Source: Spirochaetota bacterium (GTDB lineage Bacteria > Spirochaetota > UBA4802 > JAFGJZ01). Taken from it: a stretch of 64,000 bases of DNA. The notes under the pieces are model-generated. The model saw only the letters and a program-made list of their open reading frames with translations. It made no database searches and had not been told where the DNA came from. Below are positions 30,262 to 38,916 of the stretch, piece by piece (the stretch's first letter is position 1; the number at the start of each line of letters is the position of its first letter). Location: assembly GCA_027858855.1 (NCBI GenBank), contig JAQIBV010000021.1, positions 2,816 through 66,815 of the forward strand. The letters are read 5' to 3'. The translations under genes were made by a program, and so were the position numbers.

Positions 30262-31230
30262 CTATATTCCTAGAGATTCCACTAATTCATACAGTGCTGC
30301 TTTAAGTGCATATTTACTATTTGTGTTAAATCTTTGTTCGTTTTTGACAATTATAAGTCTTTTTAAGAGTTTATGGAGCAGGTCATAGTCGTCAATATAT
30401 AATTTTTCAAGAAACCTATTATACTGCAACTCTTCCGAAATTACAAGCCTCATATTATAATGGTAGAGGTTTATCAAAATATCGTATAAGGAAAAATTAC
30501 TTACTAATTTCTCATATTTGGATAAATCTTCTGAGAAATTTCTACCCGATATGAGAGTCTCCTTAATAGCATGAGCAATAGTTAATACAGAGGCAAGAAT
30601 ATCATTATTCAGAAGTTCCTGTGTTATAGAAACTGACCCGCCAGAAGCTATGAGAGCGAGATCTTCAAGAGAATGATGCTCAGGAGAAATATTAAGAATC
30701 TGCACTATCTGTTCATACTGAAGAGGATAAAAATCTAAACAGAGAGAACGTGACAAAACAGTAGAAAGAACTTTTGTTTTAGATGACGCTATCAGAATTA
30801 CTATGACCCCCTCTCCGGGTTCTTCAACAGTTTTAAGCAGAATATTCTGTCCCGATTCACTAATTCGATCAACACCATCAATAATCGCTATATAGCGATC
30901 TGATATTGCTTTTTCAGTTAATCGATGAGTAAACCAACGTACGGTTCCCTCTTCCTCATCCGAGCCAACGGCTATCTTTCCATTTTCATCAGGTTGAAGA
31001 GAAATAAAATCCTGAAAAGATCCGCTTAAAAAGGAGTGGCAGGGCGAGCAGACGCCACAAGGTTTCGACTCCCCTTTTTTACAAATCAGAAGTTGTGCAA
31101 AATAATCGGCAACCTTTCTTTTTCCTATACCAGAAGGCCCGGCAAAAAGAAAAGTCTGTGGAAGACGTGAAGATGCGGACAACGCAACCAATCTGGAGAT
31201 CTGAACCGAATGACCAACTATATCACTCAA
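30262..31230 (-). CDS. holB: DNA polymerase III subunit delta'
   Basis: LFAGPSGIGK, C---PCGVC--C zinc motif, N-LLKTVEEP, TVLSR. Confidence 0.88.
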   Translation of the reverse strand: MSDIVGHSVQISRLVALSASSRLPQTFLFAGPSGIGKRKVADYFAQLLICKKGESKPCGVCSPCHSFLSGSFQDFISLQPDENGKIAVGSDEEEGTVRWFTHRLTEKAISDRYIAIIDGVDRISESGQNILLKTVEEPGEGVIVILIASSKTKVLSTVLSRSLCLDFYPLQYEQIVQILNISPEHHSLEDLALIASGGSVSITQELLNNDILASVLTIAHAIKETLISGRNFSEDLSKYEKLVSNFSLYDILINLYHYNMRLVISEELQYNRFLEKLYIDDYDLLHKLLKRLIIVKNEQRFNTNSKYALKAALYELVESLGI

Positions 31231-31428
31231 AATTACCTGCTTTTTCCTATTCGAGGGTATTTCGTAAACCTCTTTTAAAATTTCATTCTGATAGAATAAA
31301 CTAATATATTTCTAAAAATTCTGTCTTGATCAACATATTTGCTTAAAACCATTGAATGAGAAAGTGACAAGACTTCCGATAAAACCAGTATTTACAAAAT
31401 GTACAGGACTGATTTTGAAAAAAACTCT

Positions 31429-31875
31429 TTACTGTATAAGATCAAAAATAAGTCCGCGAATCTCTTCACACTCTTTAACCAGAGAAAAAGCCTTGTTATC
31501 AGAAGATGTAATTGAAACTGCCAACCGATACAGTTTTTCATTAATCTCTTTGACAATAAAAAAGTCGGCACGATTAGCATTGCGAGCTCTTCGATAGGTA
31601 CGGGTCTCAAAACCATCACGAGTAATCAGCTCAAGAATTTTCTGAACAGTCTTTTTGTACTTTTGAAGATCTGCCAGAGTCTGATTATCAAGCAAATTCC
31701 GCTCCTGGCCATTTAAATCATCCATAAGAGCTTCTATTGAATTACTATACTCTGTTTCAACAGTATCGTCAAGCATAGAAGAGAAACTGGAACCTGTTAC
31801 AGCAGTACCATCTTTTCCCTTTTTTTTTGATTTAATACGATCCTTATCAAAAGGAAATACCGGACCAATTCTCAT
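31429..31875 (-). CDS. YaaR (DUF327) family protein
   Basis: L--YKK-V--L and EEIRGLIFDL C-terminus; located upstream of holB. Confidence 0.82.
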   Translation of the reverse strand: MRIGPVFPFDKDRIKSKKKGKDGTAVTGSSFSSMLDDTVETEYSNSIEALMDDLNGQERNLLDNQTLADLQKYKKTVQKILELITRDGFETRTYRRARNANRADFFIVKEINEKLYRLAVSITSSDNKAFSLVKECEEIRGLIFDLIQ

Positions 31876-32232
31876 CTATTTATCCGGTCGTTTATTTATT
31901 GTACATTTTCCGTCAAGCTTTACTCCATCCTCCATAATCAGGCTGGGAGTAATAATACTTCCGCTAACATTTCCACTTGAAAGCAATACTACTTTTTCAG
32001 TAGCATAGATGTTCCCTTTAACAGACCCGCCGACAACAACAATACTTGCTTCGATGTCTGTAACCGCCTCGCCACCTTTTCCAACCAGAACCTTGCCATT
32101 TGTCTCTATGGTTCCGGTAAACTTTCCATCTATTCGCAGCAATCCGTTTATCTTAAATTCGCCTTTAAATTCAGCGCCCTCCCCAATAATGGAGTTGACA
32201 ATGGTATCTTCCTGGATACTTGTTCGAACCAT
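31876..32232 (-). CDS. Bactofilin (polymer-forming cytoskeletal protein)
   Basis: SIIGEGAEFKG, LRIDG, VVGGSVKGNI, L-MEDG-KLDG. Start set at MVRTSI. Confidence 0.92.
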   Translation of the reverse strand: MVRTSIQEDTIVNSIIGEGAEFKGEFKINGLLRIDGKFTGTIETNGKVLVGKGGEAVTDIEASIVVVGGSVKGNIYATEKVVLLSSGNVSGSIITPSLIMEDGVKLDGKCTINKRPDK

Positions 32233-32315
32233 ATGACCTCTTACTGTACAAAAATTACTCAACAGTAGAGTAATATTCATAAAAGCGGTCAAGTATAAAA
32301 AATGATAGTAATAAG

Positions 32316-32462
32316 CAGAAATTTTTGCGCTATCTCTAAAGCGAAAAATTTCTGCGGTTTTTCGAGCTTGCGAGAAAAATTATCCTTACAATCAGAATTT
32401 TTGCGCTATCTTCAAAGCGAAAAATTTCTGCGCTTTTTCGAGCCTGCGAGAAAAATTATCCT
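32316..32462. repeat. Two tandem ~76-bp imperfect direct repeats, each with internal palindromes (REP-like)
   Basis: atttttgcgctatc at 32321 and 32397; both units carry gcgaaaaatttctgcg and tttttcgagc(t/c)tgcgagaaaaattatcct. Confidence 0.9.
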
Positions 32463-32484
32463 AAAACAAAATAGTGAGGACTTC

Positions 32485-33444
32485 ATGAAGAAATTACTTG
32501 TATTACCTTTAATCGCAATGACTCTGTACAGCTGTATTTCAATTCCCTTTTCGGGGCGAATGGAACCTCTCTCAGAGATAGAACTTCAGAAAGGTTCAAA
32601 TAATAAAATTCTGGTTATTAATATTTACGGAACAATTCAGGATTCAGAAAAGAAAGGGTCACTAATGGGTCCGGCTGAAATGAACATCAGCGCCCGAATC
32701 AGCGAAGAACTAGAAAAGGCAGCAGAGGATTCATCGATTAAAGCAATTATATTGCGTATTGACTCACCAGGAGGATCCGTTACAACCTGTGATATAATCC
32801 ATAATCTGATTATTGAACACAAAAAAAAGTATGGAACCTATGTAGTTGCCCACATGGGAAGCGTCGCCGCATCCGGAGGATATTATCTTTCAGTCACAGC
32901 AGACAGGATTATCGCACACCCGACGACTGTTACAGGCAGTATTGGTGTAGTTGCCGTAATGGTAAACATTGAAGGATTACTTGAAAAAATCGGTGTAGCA
33001 GATCAGACGTTAAAATCAGGTGCCGCAAAAACAATGGGTTCGCCTCTGCATCGCATGACCAAAACTGAAAGACATCTTTTTCAAAAAATAATTGATGCGA
33101 TGTATGAAAGATTTATTTCTGTTATTCTTGAGAGTCGCAGTTCAATGACTCCCGAATCATTACTTGCTATTGCAGATGGAAGGGTCATGATTGCCAATGA
33201 TGCACTAGAAAGTGGCCTAATTGATCAGATCGGATACTGGCAAACCGCTATAAACACAGCTGCAAAAGGTGCGGGAATTTCAGATCCGACAGTAATAACA
33301 TACCGTCGTCCAGGCGAATATCATCCTAATGCATTTACAATAGAAAATCGCAAACAACAACCCAATTTCAGCCTTATACCGGTTGACAGTTCGCTCTTTT
33401 TTAATAAATATGGTGTATCGTTTATGTATTTATGGAAAATGTAA
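32485..33444 (+). CDS. sppA: Signal peptide peptidase SppA (S49), lipoprotein
   Basis: LRIDSPGGS, AASGGYY, TGSIGV, KSG, DGR; lipobox LYSC. Start set at MKKLLV after a GAGGA SD. Confidence 0.92.
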   Translation: MKKLLVLPLIAMTLYSCISIPFSGRMEPLSEIELQKGSNNKILVINIYGTIQDSEKKGSLMGPAEMNISARISEELEKAAEDSSIKAIILRIDSPGGSVTTCDIIHNLIIEHKKKYGTYVVAHMGSVAASGGYYLSVTADRIIAHPTTVTGSIGVVAVMVNIEGLLEKIGVADQTLKSGAAKTMGSPLHRMTKTERHLFQKIIDAMYERFISVILESRSSMTPESLLAIADGRVMIANDALESGLIDQIGYWQTAINTAAKGAGISDPTVITYRRPGEYHPNAFTIENRKQQPNFSLIPVDSSLFFNKYGVSFMYLWKM

Positions 33445-33558
33445 ATAAAAGGGAGCTTCGGAAAATTACAATATTTCAAAAGGCAACAATGTTTAAGTGT
33501 TTCTTTTAAAATACTTTTTCGCAAGTTCCTTGATAAAAGTAAATATTAGAGGTTCCTA

Positions 33559-33591
33559 AAAGAAAACGGGATGACGCATCCCGTTTTCTTT
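33559..33591. terminator. 15-bp hairpin, probable terminator between sppA and holA
   Basis: aaagaaaacgggatg-acg-catcccgttttcttt. Confidence 0.7.
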
Positions 33592-33690
33592 GAAATATTA
33601 TGTATTCCTTTTCAAGAAACCGGAACACAAAGGAGTATGAGTTTCTACTTTATTTGTATCGGCACTAACAGGAAAATATTAAGTACTTTT

Positions 33691-34698
33691 ATGGCACAAT
33701 TTGAAAAAATTCAAAACTCCGCACAACTCATGTCGGCATACCGATCCAAACGCCCTCAAGGCACCTTTCTTTTGCTTGGTGAAGAACGAGCTGAAAAAGA
33801 GAAATGCATAGATCTGTTTAAAAAAAACTTCTTCATTGACAAACCGAATTTTCAGGTTTTCCACTGCGAATCTGATGACTTTCTAAGGGGAGCCGAATTT
33901 GTATTATCAGGTGACATGTTCAGCTCTGAAAAAGCCGCTGTATTCAAAAACATAGATGCTATATTAAAAAAGAAGAGCAACCTTTCTGTTTTAAGCGATA
34001 TTTTAGCAGTAGCATCAGAATCGGTGCTGGTTATTCTTGAAATGACATCTAATAAAGCACCAGCAACATTGACAAAACTGGGTATCCCCTTTGAAGCAGC
34101 CATTTTCTGGAAGAAATTTGAAAGCGACCTTGCTGATTACATTGTATCTGCTCTGAAAAAAGAGGGTAAAACCATAGACCATAGCAGCACAACACTTATT
34201 CTTGCTCTCTGTGGAAGGAATATGGCTGTTATTGATGACGCTTTAAAGAATATTATTTTCGGAACCGAACAAAAGAGTATTGGCACGGAAGAGATTAAAC
34301 ATTTGATACAGGATAATCGCGCTGTCTCGATTTTTGAATGTATCGACACTCTATTCCAGAAAGATAAAAACAGTATTTCTGCAATTCAACGGACTATTGA
34401 CAATGGAACACATGAACTTGTAATTATCAGCATGATCTTTTCTCGGCTTGTTCAAATGGATAACTGGTTTCAAATGAAGAAGGACGGTATTCCTCGCTCT
34501 GAAATACTATCTTCGCTTTCCATAGCGCCGAAACAGCATGCTTTCTTCGAAACGAGTGTTAGAAAATTTTCACACAGATCTGTTCGTGACTGCCTGATTC
34601 AGCTGCAGAAAACAGAAAAAAAACTAAAATCCTCTGCCACAACAAAAAACATACTTGCAAATCATCTCATGGATCTGCTATATTTCCTTATTAAATAA
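33691..34698 (+). CDS. holA: DNA polymerase III subunit delta
   Basis: FLLLGEE, MFSSEK-V-K, SIFECID-L, L-KTEKKLKS; length typical of HolA. Confidence 0.78.
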   Translation: MAQFEKIQNSAQLMSAYRSKRPQGTFLLLGEERAEKEKCIDLFKKNFFIDKPNFQVFHCESDDFLRGAEFVLSGDMFSSEKAAVFKNIDAILKKKSNLSVLSDILAVASESVLVILEMTSNKAPATLTKLGIPFEAAIFWKKFESDLADYIVSALKKEGKTIDHSSTTLILALCGRNMAVIDDALKNIIFGTEQKSIGTEEIKHLIQDNRAVSIFECIDTLFQKDKNSISAIQRTIDNGTHELVIISMIFSRLVQMDNWFQMKKDGIPRSEILSSLSIAPKQHAFFETSVRKFSHRSVRDCLIQLQKTEKKLKSSATTKNILANHLMDLLYFLIK

Positions 34699-34781
34699 CA
34701 GTTTTCTCAGTAATGCTTTTTAACATCCGAATTTGAACCTATGAACTACCGCTCTATACTGATAGTTCTTTAATAATTTAT

Positions 34782-37523
34782 ATGAAAAGTGGCAAAGTGG
34801 ATACATCGATACTTGAAAAAAACAGAAGAGCATATCTTCTTTTCAATGACAAAAAAGTTGAGCGATTCAAGGCTCTTTTACCCTCTTCAAATATTATACG
34901 CATACTTGACTCTATGCTTTTCCTGCTACACACTAACCAAAACCGCCTGCCCGGATTTATCAATGAATTTACACCTCACGGTATTCACGGCTTTTCTCAG
35001 GAGGAAAGTACTGAAAAATATTTAAAAAGTCTTTTCCCTACTGTCTCTTTCAAGGACAAACCCGAAAAGTTTTTTATTCAGAGTGTCGCTCTGATCGGCA
35101 GTGCCGGAACAATTGCCTACAACAAAAAATCTGATTTTGACTTCTGGATCTGTATAGATAAAACTGAAGTCCCTGAAAACCGCTTATTGCAATTTCGCAA
35201 AAAAGTTCAGATCATTCAAGCCTGGGCCGAGCATCAACTTGGTCTTGAGGTTCACCTATTTATAAACGATATAAACGAATTGAAAAAAAATATTTTTGAC
35301 GAAGATGAAGAAGAGGCTTTTGGTTCAACTCTAGGAGCATTATTAAAAGATGAATTTTACCGTAGCTCAATTACAATTGCGGGGAAAGTGCCATTCTGGT
35401 GGGCTGTTCCGTTAGAAACTGATGATAAGGCATATCAGAAATTATTTGACTCTATAGATCCGTCGGAACGTAAAGAAAAATATATCGACATTGGCAATCT
35501 TCATAATATCACAAAAGATGATTTTATCGGTGCAGCACTTTTTCAGATTGTTAAATCACTGGGAAATCCATTTAAATCTATATTAAAACTTGGTGTGCTT
35601 GAAAAATACCTTCTGGAAAGTGATACTGTTGAGCTTATCAGTCATAAACTAAAAAAGATGGTGCTGGCCGGTAAACTCTCGAACACCATACTGGACTCGT
35701 ATCTACTTATGTTTTATGAAGTTTTTCAATACTATAGCAAAACGCTTACTGATAAATCAGCTCTTAAAATTCTAAAAATTAACCTCTATCTTAAAATAAA
35801 TCCTTCTCTATCCAAATACACCTCTTTCAAAGACAGCTCTCGCTTACCATACAAAGTTCTGGAAATGCATAAATATACACGACACTGGAAATGGAACAAT
35901 GCCGTTCTTGAAGATCTCGATTCCTTCATGAACTGGGATTTTGTTAAAGTAACAAAATTCTGGAACGAAGTTCGCAGATTCATGCTTATTAGCTATCAAA
36001 AAATATCTCGCCAGTTTGTTAACTTCGATCTAAAGTCAAAGATATCTGAATCTGACTATAAACTACTTAGTCGCAAAATAAGGGGATACTTCTCTTTTTC
36101 AAAGGACAAAATAGAAAGATATATTTCCTTCACAGATACCTCATGTGAATCATACCTGTATGTGGATGCATACAAAGACAAAGACGGAAACATAATGTGG
36201 CGCTTGTATAAAAAAGTCGGGGAGCAGGCAAATTCTCAGACCAATGTTGTTTTACGTATCGAGGCTTCACTTATTCGCTTGCTGGCATGGTCCGCAATAA
36301 ATGGTCTTTACCAGAGTGGCGTTACAAAAATCAACATGATTAATACACAAAACAATACAAACACTGAAACGATTGAATTAATAAACCTCATGTCAAATCT
36401 CTTCACCAGCAAGGAGCTGAAAGCAAAAAACAGCTACTACTTACATGAGGCTTTTCCCTTGAAAAATCTGATTGTAATTAACTTTTTCATAAAACAGAAA
36501 ACTTCAATTATAACAGTTGATCACCTATACCACTCTTCGTGGGGTGAATCGTTTCATCACCACTACACCTCCCCCGAATCGGTAATCGACATTCTTTTTT
36601 CAATAATTAGTGGGGGGGTTAATCACAAACACTCCTTCGACAACTACTGCTCATTCTATGCGGATGATGACTATAAACAGATTGTAAAACATATTTATCA
36701 GCTTTTCAAACGTGCCTATTCTCAAATTGTTTTAACTAAAACCAAAAATGCTCGTTTTATTTCCAAAGTATCTAACTCATATGTAATTATAACCCGCAAA
36801 GGTTCAACCGTGTTCACTCAGAAGTGTGACTCAATTACCCACTTCTACTCCTCAATCTCAGGATCACCAGTTAAGGAAATAGCAACTGCGATTGACCCTC
36901 AAGAAGATGTATATCTGGAAAAGTTAAATTATCTGCTTAATAATGCTGAACACGAAAAAATATCTATTTTTTACGAAACTATCGGATCAATTTCATTTAT
37001 TTATATTTTTAATGAGGAAAAAAACATTTTTGCAGTTATTAAACCTGCGTCAGAGCTGAATAAATATCTTTCTCATATATATCACTTCCTGCATAGCGCT
37101 ATAAGTAATCTGAAAATTATTAATCCTTTCGCCTATATTGATGAAAAATCTCTCTCAATAAAAGAGCTGGTTACTGCGAAGAATGGGACCTTTCAAATTA
37201 AGTCTGACCACAAACCACTTACACTTGCTCCTCCATCTACACGTGCTTATCGTCTTATCTGCTGCAAAAACGGATCATACAAGCTGGGTCTTCCTGACGG
37301 AACCGCTACAAAGGCTGCAACACTTAATGATGTAGTTTACGTGTGTATCAATAATGCTGTTAAGGAAAGCAGCCTCTTTTCTCAACTTGGAATTAACCTT
37401 ATACAATCCGTTGATCTTGAAGGCTTTGCGCACAATGCAGCAATGACATCCAACCTCTTTTTCAGAGAGAAGTTTCGTGTTGATTCTGCATTAGAATCGA
37501 CTTTCAAATCTCTTCGCTCTTAA
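34782..37523 (+). CDS. cyaA: Class I adenylate cyclase
   Basis: LLHTN--LPGF----PHGI, IGSAGTIAYNKKSDFDFWIC (GS...SDxD nucleotidyltransferase motif), EVHLFI, LLKDEFYRS, AGKVPFWW, PFKSILK--LE, SSWGE. Confidence 0.88.
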   Translation: MKSGKVDTSILEKNRRAYLLFNDKKVERFKALLPSSNIIRILDSMLFLLHTNQNRLPGFINEFTPHGIHGFSQEESTEKYLKSLFPTVSFKDKPEKFFIQSVALIGSAGTIAYNKKSDFDFWICIDKTEVPENRLLQFRKKVQIIQAWAEHQLGLEVHLFINDINELKKNIFDEDEEEAFGSTLGALLKDEFYRSSITIAGKVPFWWAVPLETDDKAYQKLFDSIDPSERKEKYIDIGNLHNITKDDFIGAALFQIVKSLGNPFKSILKLGVLEKYLLESDTVELISHKLKKMVLAGKLSNTILDSYLLMFYEVFQYYSKTLTDKSALKILKINLYLKINPSLSKYTSFKDSSRLPYKVLEMHKYTRHWKWNNAVLEDLDSFMNWDFVKVTKFWNEVRRFMLISYQKISRQFVNFDLKSKISESDYKLLSRKIRGYFSFSKDKIERYISFTDTSCESYLYVDAYKDKDGNIMWRLYKKVGEQANSQTNVVLRIEASLIRLLAWSAINGLYQSGVTKINMINTQNNTNTETIELINLMSNLFTSKELKAKNSYYLHEAFPLKNLIVINFFIKQKTSIITVDHLYHSSWGESFHHHYTSPESVIDILFSIISGGVNHKHSFDNYCSFYADDDYKQIVKHIYQLFKRAYSQIVLTKTKNARFISKVSNSYVIITRKGSTVFTQKCDSITHFYSSISGSPVKEIATAIDPQEDVYLEKLNYLLNNAEHEKISIFYETIGSISFIYIFNEEKNIFAVIKPASELNKYLSHIYHFLHSAISNLKIINPFAYIDEKSLSIKELVTAKNGTFQIKSDHKPLTLAPPSTRAYRLICCKNGSYKLGLPDGTATKAATLNDVVYVCINNAVKESSLFSQLGINLIQSVDLEGFAHNAAMTSNLFFREKFRVDSALESTFKSLRS

Positions 37524-37563
37524 AGAGATAGCGAAATAGCGAAGTGCTACTTCATTTTTTGTT

Positions 37564-37600
37564 AAATTGTAGAACTTCACAGTGTTTAGTTCTACAATTT
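37564..37600. terminator. 13-bp hairpin between convergent cyaA and the response regulator gene
   Basis: aaattgtagaact-tcacagtgttt-agttctacaattt. Confidence 0.7.
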
Positions 37601-37653
37601 TGATAGATTTTTCAGAGCCCCGTACACGATAGGATCGTTACTGAATGCTCTTC

Positions 37654-38916
37654 CTATCCAAAAACCGGAAGCAGTAGCTCGGCCAGAACGCAGGGTTCAG
37701 GATCTTTTTTCAACATATCTTTGACATCCCGAATAATGTAAATGCCGCCATGCTTCTTAGCCACATAGTCAGCTACTGCAAGCCCTAGTCCAAAACCTAT
37801 TCGTTCAACTTTTGAAACAGTCTCGTCCGGTGGATGAATTCTGAAAAAGGGCTCTAAAACCAGTTTCTCATACTCCGGAGGAACACCACCATATGAATCA
37901 CCATCAATACTGTTTTTTACAGAAAACCAGAAGTATCCCTCGCGATATCTTGCAAAAATATTAATAATAGTGTTCTTTTTTGAATATTTATAGGCGTTAA
38001 CTAACATTTCCTCAACAACAAGCGAAATAGCCTTTTTATTATAGCGTAATTTTGCATCATCAGTTTGTTCAGGAAAAGTTATTTTCAAATTTTTCTCTTT
38101 CAAAAAGGGAATAACTCTTTTTGTCATTTTGGGAATTTCTGAAATAAATGTACTAATATTAAAATTTTCAAATTCAAAGTCCCGCTCCATAATACGCGTT
38201 GCAAAATTAAGCCCATCAATCTGTGCCCGGCAATAGTCATTATTTGTTATCATCATATCCAATACATCTCTATCAACGGAAACCTTTCCATCTTCGAGTT
38301 CTGCACTGGAAGCTTTCATGATGTCAATCAAGGTGATTAATGTACCAAAGCCCGCGCCCTGCGCCAGCGAGGTTTTTACGTTATAAACTGATTTAGATTC
38401 GGCAGTATCTCGCGAAGTTAGTCGCCTGTTTTCTTTATAGTTAAGCCAGTCAATCTGAGCCTTTATCTTTTCACCGGCATTCAACGATTGTTGATGCTCC
38501 TGGTCTTTAAGGTATTTATATTCAAGAGCCTTCAAAAGAACTTCCTGAAAAAGTTCAGGATCAATAGGTTTGATTATATAGTCATACACTCCCTTTTTCA
38601 TTAACTCAATAATTGTATCGGGCGTATCAAGTGCTGTCTGAATTATGATGACAGCACTTGAGTTTATTTTTTTCAGTTCTTTTACAAAGGTTCGTCCATC
38701 CATAATCGGCATCATGAGGTCAACTATGAAAACAGCGTAGCTCTTTGTTTCAAGCAAGGCAAGAGCTTCTTTTCCATTAGACGCCACATCGCACTGTACG
38801 TTCAGTTTCTTGCAAATACCTTGAAGTAGTACCTGGTTCTCTACCTTATCTTCCACTATAAGAATCGGTTCCGAAAATGTACCTGCCAAAGCTAACACCT
38901 GTTTTGGATTATTCAT
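37654..38916 (-). CDS. Response regulator with C-terminal HATPase_c domain
   Basis: REC (IVED, VDLMMP, IIKP) plus HATPase (EMLVNAYKY, EPFFR, GFGLGL); no recognisable H-box. Confidence 0.85.
   Translation of the reverse strand: MNNPKQVLALAGTFSEPILIVEDKVENQVLLQGICKKLNVQCDVASNGKEALALLETKSYAVFIVDLMMPIMDGRTFVKELKKINSSAVIIIQTALDTPDTIIELMKKGVYDYIIKPIDPELFQEVLLKALEYKYLKDQEHQQSLNAGEKIKAQIDWLNYKENRRLTSRDTAESKSVYNVKTSLAQGAGFGTLITLIDIMKASSAELEDGKVSVDRDVLDMMITNNDYCRAQIDGLNFATRIMERDFEFENFNISTFISEIPKMTKRVIPFLKEKNLKITFPEQTDDAKLRYNKKAISLVVEEMLVNAYKYSKKNTIINIFARYREGYFWFSVKNSIDGDSYGGVPPEYEKLVLEPFFRIHPPDETVSKVERIGFGLGLAVADYVAKKHGGIYIIRDVKDMLKKDPEPCVLAELLLPVFG

Noticed and set aside
32316..32462. Possible CRISPR mini-array
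   Set aside because: The entire 76-bp unit repeats with no unique spacer, there are only two copies, and no cas genes are in the window.
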